This document shows, one piece after another, positions 13,101 to 21,888 of a stretch of 64,000 bases of DNA. The translations under genes were made by a program, and so were the position numbers. The DNA is taken from assembly GCA_000004985.1 (NCBI GenBank), contig GG738853.1. One strand, 5' to 3'. This DNA is from Naegleria gruberi (taxonomy: Eukaryota). Positions within the stretch are counted from its first letter, which is position 1. Every line of letters starts with the position of its first letter. The notes under the pieces were generated by a model. It ran no database searches. It had not been told where the DNA came from and saw only the letters and a list, made by a program, of their open reading frames with translations.

Positions 13101-13779
13101 TTTCGAAGATATTCAATGTAAGCTCAACTTTAGAAGATCAAAAACTGCTGGAAGAATTCACAAAGATTTACAAGATATTCCGTTCCACACACCAATCATT
13201 AAGAATGGAAAGAAACCAACCAAGAGTAGCTACAAGAAAAAGTATGAATTTGTTTCATTTATTGAACTTTCCTCGATTGTCAATGCCCAAAACTCAAATC
13301 TGATACGTACCCTCCAAGAAAAGGTTGGCAAAGATGAATTCCCAGTCTTCCTTTTCACATGGTCCGATTTGGCAAACCTCTCCAATATTATTCACTTCAT
13401 CTTTTTGTACATTCCTGATTGCTCTCTGTTATTTGTTCCAGAAATGGATATGAAGAAGTGTGTGAAATATCTCATGATGTTATTGGAAACCTACTTGCCC
13501 CAATTATGCTCATCATCTCCAAAAACTCTCAGTGTTCCAATGATGAATGGTGGTGACAGTACTACACCATCAACACCAAATGGTGAATCAACCAATTCAT
13601 CATCCATTCCACCAGAAAGAAGAAACCTTCACAAATTCTTACTCTTTGCCACCAAACTTCTGAAGGATGAATTCGAAATCCCAACAGCTCTCTTCTTCCC
13701 TCCATCTCTCTATACCAAACCAACTAAAAAGAAACCAAGTGCTTCTTCCTCCTTCTTTGATGTTTCTCCGAGAAGGTAA
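7114..13779 (+). CDS. Giant (about 2,221 aa) helical/TPR-like repeat protein, possible separase-like C-terminus
   Basis: Uninterrupted 6.6-kb ORF. A C-terminal region carries the ILLCNSFLNVIPWELL motif, reminiscent of the separase (peptidase C50) PWE motif, and FLY..PDCS where separases have the His/Cys dyad. The His is not evident. The ORF-track start is GTG. The nearest good ATG (7008, A-rich context) is in another frame. The first in-frame ATG is near 7504. The start is unresolved. Confidence 0.5.
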   Translation: MIPVIPITASYYRDKVSYFKEQLRKQRLYSNQTATLLPSASNFADDSSSSFQQQQHSTTTSPFNPSTKRFIGGNASPNNGPVTITKKGTDNSVNSDLDYFDDKWSLYREYITLQKQIEEVQQDSDLNYIEMRRRVDLAQVFREHGEFSEAFIQLELVEQSAQQKAESGEFDPKVELLHAKCLFLLSIVLKQKNRSDDATEYLESSKERTDYLLKVISPANTHKDQCTNFVFKSARLLLSEISLYSSEDLISQQQKNFQALPLGQKLTINEEANIEKILSEYLIPGLQNVKIVSGSQKVTVSNLEVFRNLCYYSAVCMMMLRENKLSKQLLSVAENTSPLKSNGKNHNRSDSDIYLEANVEIDKKITKLAIDIKIAEEKMEKEKQASTSQKHTSKNHKFKDDSDESDDDAWDDFVPTGALSGLAKLILGDNSEEEDADEDPISTDIFPSKYRLFKSRIYKEEDDKLPQCILTDSLVNPIGVSPMSPACSNTFSNREEFKKWIQLLNAIPTNPNPYTQNIPVTIFGYSLNDRLQMNGNQLCSLYDKLIQSEAFTSKWIKVYFELCTRLYNVSSMEMMISQQQTEVSQQALSLQQKCAQMLLNYFNLLKQHKTKHSSMSSSIISASMSNIDSNPDIMSKLNDISDKLVEKKAFLFTVSMEMFAIAGRLFHPEEEEIGFIVGVLKEWFGSQIMYIQLAKLQATIRFHMRLFRYDCMMPMKEEIRKVYDELLNLFDNIESAESLPTAESPQPNAVNHRSSARNNQAYSIEKHYSPNLSTVAAKVIILFHRYHNFWITSLRRGSADDEWAYMPELPKHKLLSDKERFSLLLRKYYPKIPLCHTKAEVAYTVGSYWLRQPKSKDDRQLAECVLFECIYLYYKLSQSVQSFGFSFMITNDALKALKKFSEVLYANDKYEYSSLCYEVYVNNYKLLRGRHDYQFIDDLTSVTTKHNDYKHSVKYYEILYEKAKEEKKIPQIARLSTKLANLYMEKGEVLEAERIKLESIDYAKRYGTLMDYKTDLEIELGTLLLQGGKFEKCIAVLYSVAQEQANKRHIVYEILSRAYLKKRWFAECEDSLTEIANVLVNFYIQLNQQQEMRILETVSKYYFKRSMFGYALECVNIALYRCSGTFAVLANLFKLKGKILKSICQYSTRLSFPCSISESTEEELHQLVTQIEQTPSNRNNLYEGINENDCSFVFSKRPTYYCVAQLLQDCIDCFTKAAGYYEACSNQIGEAKVNLLISETLLDYLFVPVALLGKDPEPYIKLKEQSEENRKKNADPQHSQFKPITPLDYLDLNHIFANYIEAALETSVAACDVFLCMNSYITSAECKYLQGKISSAKSFWCECRDVLFTLFIDSDSHVILSSGTPLGVIEKLMIIVKRMVRLLFCFEPEFVNQHLGIFDVYYVIDIQYEQAAKRLPTFDAESEYVDKDQQHPLSLEYYNNYFYSNLDKIIGNNKQLSEADKQLLIKNKLFEILQKRVTATSSTYLTPSLPSSFSSSSLSTLTTLRKGTLKKSASISSSSSNDKSSEGSLGSATISQFLDVPTTTHKKSSPSEFIKPNMTQLKQKILERVFGCILTMKQDSKKYSNEIHDRLKARNQECMRRLYNLMNAIRESGISISKHKKGKKGASTINFSNEAPLSPLFAKSPHIVSPKQRERSMSVDAGNTGGTLMTMDLLPGDVELMEMLIRTVNLQKGTKLKGTIQQTMNIHLILERNIARYTSISPDINCLEENFKLVQKMKLLDQLVYVFYIDSVLIFYIPKEGRKVVIPFGGRDHAILDDKIRNVIDLNESPATPRRGQNDSVEFLSNKVSNWSTKDLGKDLTLIDDYLLTLITRSAREKKTKKFTHEDIVKGLSKVLNAQSVFSYKPDLAKYEEFKKSISLLNFSFKQLYTQKTGTISGTLSSTFGRKKSIGSIPKLDQLPTFDDHIILLCNSFLNVIPWELLFEVSLTRVNAIQYFIGRIKKKKSSEAKISRFIAFYSEDEAKFILPAEQERKEWIFEDIQCKLNFRRSKTAGRIHKDLQDIPFHTPIIKNGKKPTKSSYKKKYEFVSFIELSSIVNAQNSNLIRTLQEKVGKDEFPVFLFTWSDLANLSNIIHFIFLYIPDCSLLFVPEMDMKKCVKYLMMLLETYLPQLCSSSPKTLSVPMMNGGDSTTPSTPNGESTNSSSIPPERRNLHKFLLFATKLLKDEFEIPTALFFPPSLYTKPTKKKPSASSSFFDVSPRR

Positions 13780-13973
13780 AAATACATTCACATTTCAATG
13801 AATCTTTGCATTTTCATTTTGGTACTTTCCACATACATGCTTTTCAATCAATTATCATTATTTCACCATTTTCACCCATATCAATTTGATTGGTATTCAA
13901 TAAATCTTTGTATTCGATTCCATCATGGATTGCGCCAAAATTGATTTGATGATGAAACCTTAATCAAAAAAAA

Positions 13974-16900
13974 ATGCTCAAACATCATACCAGGCGATTT
14001 ATTCTCTCTCGTTGCTCAACGACGGAGAAGATGAATTTGTTATTTAAAATTAGCAATAGTAGTAGTGGATCTTTGTCATCTTGCTGTTCCGTATCATCTG
14101 ATGTGATGAAAAAGTTTAATCATGATGGAAAGTTGTCGGAAAGAACAAGTGGAATGATGAATTTTAGTACAATGCTGTCGAGTCAATTGGCCAAATCGAT
14201 TGAACAACAATATCAAAAAAAGACTCCTATTGAACATGTTTTGGAAAGACCGGATACCTATGTAGGAAGTACGGAGAGGATGAAAAAGAAGTTATTCTGC
14301 TTGGATTCTGTTAATAATATCAAATTGAAGGAAGTTGATTTTATACCTGCATTGTATAGAATTATTGATGAAATTTTGGTCAATGCTGTGGATAACCATC
14401 ATAGAAAAGGAACACATACTAATGAACTGAGAGTCACAATTGATGAAGCAAAAAATTGGATTCACATCCGAAATAATGGCAAGTCAGTTCCAGTGGAAAT
14501 GCACAAGATTGAGAAAATTTACGTCCCTGAATTGGTATTTGGTAACTTGTTGACTGGTTCTAATTTTGATGACAATGAAGTTAAATTCACAGGAGGTAGA
14601 AATGGATACGGAGCAAAATTAGCAAATATTTTCAGTACAGATTTTACTATTGAAATTATGGATCACAAAGGTACACACTATATTCAAAATTGGAAGAAGA
14701 ATATGAGTCAAATTTCAACACCTACCATTGTGGAAAACAAACAAAAAACAGAACCATACATTCAAGTTTCATTCCATCCTGATTTTAAGAAATTCCAAAG
14801 TACTGGACTAAACAAGGAATTGAACATGATCGATTTACTCAAGAGAAGAATTTATGATCTTTCAGCTTGTAATCCAAAGTTGAATGTTTATCTGAATGAC
14901 AAGAAAGTTGAAGTTGATAATTTCAAAGAATATGTGAAATTATTCTATCAAAATAACAGCTCTGGAGAGCATCCAGAAAAGATGTTTGTTCACAAGCATA
15001 TTTGTGATGGATGGGAAATTGCCATAGGAGCATCAGTTGGAGAGGAATTTAATCAAATTAGTTTTGTAAATAGTATTGCCACAGTTCAAGGAGGATCTCA
15101 TGTGAATTTTGTTCTCAACCAACTTTCCACAAAAATCAGCGAATATATTGCCAAGACTTATACAGACCTCCAATTAACAATCTCCCCATATATGGTTAGA
15201 AATCATATCACTCTATTTATTAATTCTCTTATTGAAAATCCTACTTTTGACAGTCAAACTAAGGAAACCCTGACAACCAAGTCTATTTCATTTGCCCAAA
15301 AAGTGGTCATTTCCAATGATTTAATCAACAGTATTGCTAATCATACCCCAATAATTGACAATATTATTGCCTTTGCAAATTATAAGCAATCATCAGCTAG
15401 TTCTAAAAAGTTCAAGAAGAGAGAATCAAAATTATTGATTCCAAAATTGGATGATGCCAACTTGGCCGGAACTAATAGATCTATGGAATGTGTCTTGATT
15501 CTTACAGAAGGTGATTCTGCCAAAGCATTGGCTATTTCTGGTCTCTCTGTTGTTGGAAGAGATAGATTTGGAGTCTTTCCACTCAAAGGTAAATTATTGA
15601 ATGTGAGAGAAGCATCTGCTGACCAAATTAGAGATAATCAGGAAATTCAAAACCTCAAAAAGATTCTTGGTCTCGATGACGTTTCCAAAACTGATTCTTT
15701 CGAAGAATTGACCAAAAGATTGAGATATGGTAAAGTCATGCTAATGTGTGATCAAGATCACGATGGTTCCCACATTAAGGGTTTGCTACTCAATATGATT
15801 CACTTCTTTTATCCTGAATTGTTGAGAAATAATTTTGTGGATGAATTCATTACACCAATCATTAAGGTATCAAAAGGATCTGATGTTAAAAGCTTCTTCT
15901 CCATTCCTGAATTCCAAAATTGGTGGACCAAAGTGCCAGAAAATGAAAAGAATAGATGGAATCAAAAGTATTACAAGGGTCTGGGTACCAATTCTTCAAA
16001 GGAAGCCAAAGATTACTTCTCCAATCTGAAACGACACGTCATTGCACTGCAATATGATGACGATAGTGAACCTAATATTGAATTGGCCTTCTCCAAAGAT
16101 TTGGCAAATGCCAGAAAGTCATGGGTAGCTTCTCTTAAGGATGGAACTTTCCTCGATACAACAAATGGCAAGGTGACCATAACTGACTTTATTAATAATG
16201 AACTTATTCTCTTCTCGAATCAAAACAATATCAGATCTATTCCATCTATTGTGGATGGACTCAAACCAAGTCAACGTAAGATTCTCTTTGCTTGTCTCAA
16301 GAGAGATCTCAAAGATGAAATCAAGGTAGCTCAATTGGCTGGTTATGTCAGCGAGCACAGTGCCTATCATCATGGTGAACAATCTCTGTACGGAACCATT
16401 ACAAGCATGGCCCAAGACTTTGTTGGAGCCAATAATATTCCATTACTGTATCCAAGTGGTCAGTTTGGTACTCGTCTACAAGGCGGTGATGATGCTGCCA
16501 GTGCCAGATATATCTATACTAGATTGAACAAGCTTACACGATTGATTTTCCTCAAGGAAGATGATCAAATTTTGGACTATCAAGAAGAGGATGGTATGAT
16601 TATTGAACCAAAGTTTTATCTTCCAATTATTCCAATGTTGCTTGTCAATGGAGCAGAAGGTATGGGAACTGGTTGGTCTACATCTATTCCATCTTTTAAT
16701 CCAATTGATTTGATTGATTCTTTGAATATTCTTCTTGATAGTAATGCAGAAAATATTGGAAATGTGAAATTACCATCACTTGATATGTGGGCCAGAGGAT
16801 TCAAGGGTAAAATTGAAATGAATGATTCTGGAAAGTTTATCTCCAAAGGTATTTTCAAAATGAAATCTAGAGGTGATTCAATTGAATTTGACATTTCAGA

Positions 16901-17579
16901 ACTTCCAATTGGTGAATGGACAGAAAATTATAAATCACACCTCCAATCGTTGGTAAAGAAGGGTTTAATCAAATCCAAGATTACTGAAAGAAATACTGAA
17001 AATAGTGTAGGATTTACAATTGCAATCAATGATCCTGATGAATTCTCTGAATCACAATTGAAAAAGTTGAAATTAGAGAAATCCTTCTCTCTTTCCAATA
17101 TGACTGTATTCTCTGAAAATTTCGATATTATTCAATTCAGCAATGTGAATGATATTATCAAACAATTCTACTTGGTCCGATTGTCCTACTATCATCAAAG
17201 AAAGAGCCACTTGATGAAACAATTGGAAAAACAAATTAGAATATTATCCAACAAGGTTAAATTCTTGAATTTTATCACTTCCAATGAATCCAATTTGAAT
17301 ACTTTCATCAAGACAAAGAAGGAAAATATTCCTAGCTTCCTCACCAATGTAGTTGGCATTGTGGTTGATCCAACAACAATAGAACAATCCTTCAATTACC
17401 TCACCGATATGAACATTCTCAGCTTGACTCACGAACACAAGGATAGAATTAACAAACAATTAGAGTCTGCCCAACAAGAATTGCAACAAGTCAGCTCCGA
17501 TGATCCAAAGCTAATGTGGAAGAGAGATTTGAAGAGGTTGAGAGATGAACTGACCAAGAGTGAAAACTGGGTCGTTTAA
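13974..17579 (+). CDS. TOP2: DNA topoisomerase II (type IIA), probably organellar/mitochondrial isoform
   Basis: 1,201 aa. GHKL ATPase motifs (EILVNAVDN, GGRNGYGAKLANIFS), TOPRIM region (LTEGDSAKA), active-site region AASARYIYTRL with the catalytic Tyr. The basic/hydroxylated N-terminus (MLKHHTRRFILSRCSTT) looks like a mitochondrial presequence. The C-terminal tail is short compared with nuclear Top2. Confidence 0.9.
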   Translation: MLKHHTRRFILSRCSTTEKMNLLFKISNSSSGSLSSCCSVSSDVMKKFNHDGKLSERTSGMMNFSTMLSSQLAKSIEQQYQKKTPIEHVLERPDTYVGSTERMKKKLFCLDSVNNIKLKEVDFIPALYRIIDEILVNAVDNHHRKGTHTNELRVTIDEAKNWIHIRNNGKSVPVEMHKIEKIYVPELVFGNLLTGSNFDDNEVKFTGGRNGYGAKLANIFSTDFTIEIMDHKGTHYIQNWKKNMSQISTPTIVENKQKTEPYIQVSFHPDFKKFQSTGLNKELNMIDLLKRRIYDLSACNPKLNVYLNDKKVEVDNFKEYVKLFYQNNSSGEHPEKMFVHKHICDGWEIAIGASVGEEFNQISFVNSIATVQGGSHVNFVLNQLSTKISEYIAKTYTDLQLTISPYMVRNHITLFINSLIENPTFDSQTKETLTTKSISFAQKVVISNDLINSIANHTPIIDNIIAFANYKQSSASSKKFKKRESKLLIPKLDDANLAGTNRSMECVLILTEGDSAKALAISGLSVVGRDRFGVFPLKGKLLNVREASADQIRDNQEIQNLKKILGLDDVSKTDSFEELTKRLRYGKVMLMCDQDHDGSHIKGLLLNMIHFFYPELLRNNFVDEFITPIIKVSKGSDVKSFFSIPEFQNWWTKVPENEKNRWNQKYYKGLGTNSSKEAKDYFSNLKRHVIALQYDDDSEPNIELAFSKDLANARKSWVASLKDGTFLDTTNGKVTITDFINNELILFSNQNNIRSIPSIVDGLKPSQRKILFACLKRDLKDEIKVAQLAGYVSEHSAYHHGEQSLYGTITSMAQDFVGANNIPLLYPSGQFGTRLQGGDDAASARYIYTRLNKLTRLIFLKEDDQILDYQEEDGMIIEPKFYLPIIPMLLVNGAEGMGTGWSTSIPSFNPIDLIDSLNILLDSNAENIGNVKLPSLDMWARGFKGKIEMNDSGKFISKGIFKMKSRGDSIEFDISELPIGEWTENYKSHLQSLVKKGLIKSKITERNTENSVGFTIAINDPDEFSESQLKKLKLEKSFSLSNMTVFSENFDIIQFSNVNDIIKQFYLVRLSYYHQRKSHLMKQLEKQIRILSNKVKFLNFITSNESNLNTFIKTKKENIPSFLTNVVGIVVDPTTIEQSFNYLTDMNILSLTHEHKDRINKQLESAQQELQQVSSDDPKLMWKRDLKRLRDELTKSENWVV

Positions 17580-17914
17580 ATTTTGTTAATAAATTAAATT
17601 ACTTTAAATCCAATTGTAATAATATTAACTGAGAAGAAGAATCAACAGTTGATGTGAAAGACAAAAGATTTGTTTCATCTTAATGATTCCATTTTTTTAA
17701 TTAACTTTCTTCATCAATTCGAATATCACATGTAAGCCAATACTAATATTAATTAATTTTCGAAATTTAATGGTTTTATTTTGAAACTAGGTTGTGTACT
17801 AGATTTAGATTTACAAATTTGTACAAAATTTGGTATTTTAGGGGGTTGTGTGGAAGTGTGTTAAATAATTTAGGTTAGTTGTTGGGATTTGGAGGAGTAT
17901 GTAGATCAAGCCAT

Positions 17915-18832
17915 TTACTTCTTGGTCTTCTTCTTCTTTGATTCGGTTTCTTCCTTATCTTCCTTTTCCTTTTCTTCTTCTTCCTTATCTTCCTTTTCTT
18001 CACCTTCCTTTTCATCAGCCTTTCTCTTCTTACCACCCTTCTTCTTCTTATGTCTTTGACCTGGCTTCAATGGTTTAGTAGTAGTTTCATCACCAGCCAA
18101 GAACTTGAGAATTCTCTTACACATAATCTTCTTGCTACCAGTCTTCTTCAAACCATTTTGCTTGGCAAATTCGACGAGTTCTTCAGCATAGAATTGATAC
18201 AAATCTTCAAAAGTGATACCTTCCTTGATCTTGGTAATATCATTCTTTTCTCTTTCTTCCTTTTCTGGAGTATTAGCTTCAAGGTAATGTGGATATGATT
18301 GACCGATAATTCTATTAACACAAGCCTTCTTGGTACCAGACTTTGAGATCTTCAAAGCATCACAGACATCATTGATGAATTCCTTAGCCATAGCAGTGAA
18401 ACCGAGCTTCAAACCAGTGATCAAGAGTTCTTCCATAACAGCATCAGCCTTTTCTTCCTTTGATGAATCTTCTTCCATACCCAAAGCAGCTAAGAATTTA
18501 GTCAACAATTCAAGAGAACATTCTTGGAAGTATTTAGCCTTATCCTTTTGCTTGGAAAAGTGAGACTTGAATGACTTGGCCAACTTTTGCTTAGATTCAG
18601 ATTCAACCTTCTTGTCCATTTCTTCCAAAGCCATCTTCAAAGCGTCCTTTTCCAATTCCTTGATGAAGGTGGATTCACCCTTCTTTTGAGCATGTTCGAG
18701 AATGGCTTCAACAGCGACCTTCTTGTTGGTCTTCTTTCCCTTGATGTCGTTACCATCCATATATTCCTTGAGGAGATTGAGTGGAATTTCTTCGAGGAGA
18801 GTTTCAATTTCTTTTGGTTCAGAGTCAGACAT
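17915..18832 (-). CDS. Nuclear protein with three SAP-like motifs and a Lys/Glu-rich tail
   Basis: 305 aa. Repeated helix-turn-helix-like segments (e.g. YQFYAEELVEFAKQNGLKKTGSKKIMCKRILKFL) fit the SAP motif L..L.V.EL...L...GL...G.K..L..RL. The C-terminus is KKKKGGKKRKADEKEGEEKEDKEEEE. Start ATG in an A-rich context (minus strand). Confidence 0.4.
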   Translation of the reverse strand: MSDSEPKEIETLLEEIPLNLLKEYMDGNDIKGKKTNKKVAVEAILEHAQKKGESTFIKELEKDALKMALEEMDKKVESESKQKLAKSFKSHFSKQKDKAKYFQECSLELLTKFLAALGMEEDSSKEEKADAVMEELLITGLKLGFTAMAKEFINDVCDALKISKSGTKKACVNRIIGQSYPHYLEANTPEKEEREKNDITKIKEGITFEDLYQFYAEELVEFAKQNGLKKTGSKKIMCKRILKFLAGDETTTKPLKPGQRHKKKKGGKKRKADEKEGEEKEDKEEEEKEKEDKEETESKKKKTKK

Positions 18833-19713
18833 TTTTGATTGTTGATTTTGTGTTTTTTTTTGTTGTGATTTTAAAAAAGTTCTGAAGAGTTTTATATCAA
18901 AAAGCGGAACAAGGAGCTTGCTGTACTTTGCAAGCGTAACCGAATAAATAACGGTATTTCATGATAAATTTGTACTTTCCCAGCCGTTACGCTTCATTTT
19001 ATCCAGAGTGCAGAGGAAGAAGCAAAGAGAACCAATCAATGCATTGTTAAATTGGCGGGCAAAATATTTGTAACGGTTTTGAGAAAGTCAACTTGAGTGC
19101 AGCTAAGCGGATTGGTAGAAATTTTTTATGGACTTTACAATAAAGATGTAATTTTTCAGAATAGGTAAAGAGACAGAACCAAGTAATAGGATCATCATCA
19201 AGATGTTTGTTAGTATGGCAAATGTTGTTTTTCTTGATCAACGTTTGTTTGTTGCTGTGGAGAATTTTATCAAAGTTTAATCATCACGAATTTTATTGTG
19301 CAATATTTGTTTATTTATTTCTTCTGTGATGACTTTTATACAACAGCCACTAAACACTCATCATTACATACCTCTATACTATCTATTTATTGATCGCTTG
19401 TGATGATTGGTATTCTATTCATCCAACTATAAATTCCATCTTTAAAATGTAGGTGATGATGAAGCCTTTCCGCTGCCAGCAAAAGCAGAGAAAGAAACCG
19501 TAGATTATTCTGGAGCGGAATTGATGATTAGAAGGAAAAAGAAAGTTATGGATTCATCGCATATGATTATTAGCTGCATTCGCAATGATATATTGTTGGT
19601 TGTATGATGTGTTTTGAAAAGGAATCAATTCATGTTAATTCTGTAGATATTTATTGCATATTACGAAATTCTTATTTGACTAATCAGATAGAAGGCAATG
19701 TATTTGATTTATA

Positions 19714-21192
19714 TTAATGACAAACTCTTGGCTGAAAACTTGATAAGTTTCTACAGTCAAATGTCTTTACGTTTGTGTTCATCATAAAAATCGAGCTCTT
19801 TAACAAGGTATCACCAGCATCAGTAAAGTCATTGTAGGAAAGATCCAATGTCTTTAGAGCTGGGAAGGACAATTTGGCAAATGCTTTGATTCCAACATCT
19901 CCAATTAAATTTAAGCCAATCTCGAGAACTTCTAATCTAAAAAGATTTGAGCCTGTTTCATCATTTTCACTGGCGAGTCCTAATAACCCAGTGTCACAAA
20001 TTGCTGGCTTATTGGCATGTAAATTCAATCTTCTTAAATTTTGCAAATATTCTGATTGACCCAAAGCACAGGCACCTTCTGGTCCAATGACATTGTTTTG
20101 CAAGCCAAGAGAGGTCAAGTTTTTGATGAATGGATTATTGGCAAGAGTTTTGGCTCCAGCTTGATCAATTCCACATGAACCAAGTTTGAGAGATTTGATA
20201 TGTTTCAATATTTCACTTCCAACTAGGGCATTTCCTGCAGTGGAACCAATTTCATTTGAAGAAATATCCAATTTGGTCAAATTCTTTACATATTCAGTAT
20301 TAACTAGAGCTAGAGCACCTTCCTCTCCAATATAATTATATTCTACATTCAAAAGTTGTAAATCAGCCATATTTGGTGAATTTGCAATAGCAATCAATCC
20401 TTCATTTCCAATTCTTCCAGAGAATATTTCCAATTTTTTCAATTTGAATGCATTAACAATAGCTTTGGCTCCTTCGGCACCTATCTCACAATAACCCAGG
20501 TTAAGTTCTGTTAGATTTTTCATATTTGGACTGGAGCAAATGGATAATACACCTTCACTTGAGAAATTATTTGCATATACATCCAAAACTTTCAATTGTT
20601 TCAAATTCTCTGATTGGGCAATTAACATGAGTCCTTTATCTTTGATGCTATTTCCTCTTGCTTTCAAAACCTCTAAACTTGGTAAAGAGGATGAAATAAT
20701 TGACATGCTCTTATCATCTAGCTGATTGTAATTAATATTGAGCTCTTTCAATTTTGCAGAATATAATCCAGTAGTAATTCCACTAATATCACCTCCTTTC
20801 AATTGTGAATTATTAATGGTAATGGACTGTATAAAGCAATATTTCAACATGCCATTCGAAGTTTTGGATTTTAAATCTTTGGTAGAGGAAGCCCAAATTT
20901 GTGTCTTCAAACCACAAAACTGCAAAATAATAACTCGCCACTGCCGACACACTTTTGAATAACTTTTGATAAAGTCTTGAAACTCAGCTTCGGAATTGAT
21001 GAAGGAAAATATATGGAGACAAATATCGTTGGAAAATTTGTCATTCGTTGATACGGCCAAGTCTGATAAATCGGTGTGAGCGAGTTCTCTAGTTTGTTGT
21101 GATCCCATTTTTTTGAGGTTCTTTGTTATTGGCTTCAGATGATTGACATTTTGTAATCTTATACCAAGTTCGAAAAAAAGAACAAAATTCAT
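19714..21192 (-). CDS. F-box/LRR protein (RNI-like leucine-rich repeats)
   Basis: N-terminal DICLHIFSFINSEAEF..VCRQWRVII is F-box-like. It is followed by more than 12 RNI-type repeats of 24-28 aa (LNLGYCEIGAEGAKAIVN, LNVEYNYIGEEGALALVN). The real start is probably the internal Met (MGSQQTRELAH, about 21109). Confidence 0.7.
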   Translation of the reverse strand: MNFVLFFELGIRLQNVNHLKPITKNLKKMGSQQTRELAHTDLSDLAVSTNDKFSNDICLHIFSFINSEAEFQDFIKSYSKVCRQWRVIILQFCGLKTQIWASSTKDLKSKTSNGMLKYCFIQSITINNSQLKGGDISGITTGLYSAKLKELNINYNQLDDKSMSIISSSLPSLEVLKARGNSIKDKGLMLIAQSENLKQLKVLDVYANNFSSEGVLSICSSPNMKNLTELNLGYCEIGAEGAKAIVNAFKLKKLEIFSGRIGNEGLIAIANSPNMADLQLLNVEYNYIGEEGALALVNTEYVKNLTKLDISSNEIGSTAGNALVGSEILKHIKSLKLGSCGIDQAGAKTLANNPFIKNLTSLGLQNNVIGPEGACALGQSEYLQNLRRLNLHANKPAICDTGLLGLASENDETGSNLFRLEVLEIGLNLIGDVGIKAFAKLSFPALKTLDLSYNDFTDAGDTLLKSSIFMMNTNVKTFDCRNLSSFQPRVCH

Positions 21193-21282
21193 CAGGACTT
21201 ATTGAGCAAGACAACAAAAACAAAACACATCCTTGCCAAACAGCTGAATACTGATATGGTTAAATATTTAAGATAAATGTAA

Positions 21283-21354
21283 GGGACCATGGTCTAGTGG
21301 TATGATTCTCGCTTTGGGTGCGAGAGGCCGTGGGTTCGATTCCCACTGGTCCCC
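21283..21354 (+). tRNA. tRNA-Pro(TGG): tRNA-Pro (anticodon TGG)
   Basis: 72 nt. Acceptor GGGACCA/TGGTCCC. Anticodon arm CTCGC-TTTGGGT-GCGAG. T-arm GTGGGTTCGATTCCCAC. Its core is near-identical to the metazoan tRNA-Pro(TGG) as recalled from memory. Confidence 0.9.
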
Positions 21355-21807
21355 TTTCCTTTTAGTTGTTTTCCTCAAATTGTTTTTAAAGTGTTAAACA
21401 TATGTATGAATTGGTATTATTTTAATCTTTATTTAATTTGAACGACTACCTCAAAAACAAGACGCCATTTCATATGAAGCATGTTTGCTCCAATTACTCG
21501 TAACATCATAGATATTCATTGCTGCTACCAATTCGTCTTCATACAGAAATCCTGAACAAGAGAAGCATGCTCGTGGTGATTATCGTGATGCAGAGAATAA
21601 CAATGAATGGTTGTTTTGTCTCAATCTTTTTTGGTTTTTTTGAAATGAGTGGACATTTTAGGTCAGTGTTATCTTAATTGATTATCTTTATGGAACCTTG
21701 ATAGAATTGAACCAAAATTTCACCATAGAAACTATACATTCTATGAACAATAAGTATATGAGAATGATCATCATATCAAAACGATTAAGGGAGAAAGAGA
21801 CAAAATT

Positions 21808-21888
21808 TGCAGAAGGTGGGATTTGAACCCACGAAGCTTGCGCAGTAGAACTTGAGTCTACCCCCTTTGACCACTCGGGAACCCCTGC
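21808..21888 (-). tRNA. tRNA-Leu(CAA): tRNA-Leu (anticodon CAA), class II with long variable arm
   Basis: Reverse complement reads GCAGGGGTTCCCGAGTGGTCAAAGGGGGTAGACTCAAGTTCTACTGCGCAAGCTTCGTGGGTTCAAATCCCACCTTCTGCA. Anticodon loop CTCAAGT, long variable arm TGCGCAAGCTTCG, T-arm GTGGGTTCAAATCCCAC. The acceptor stem has two G-U pairs. Confidence 0.85.
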
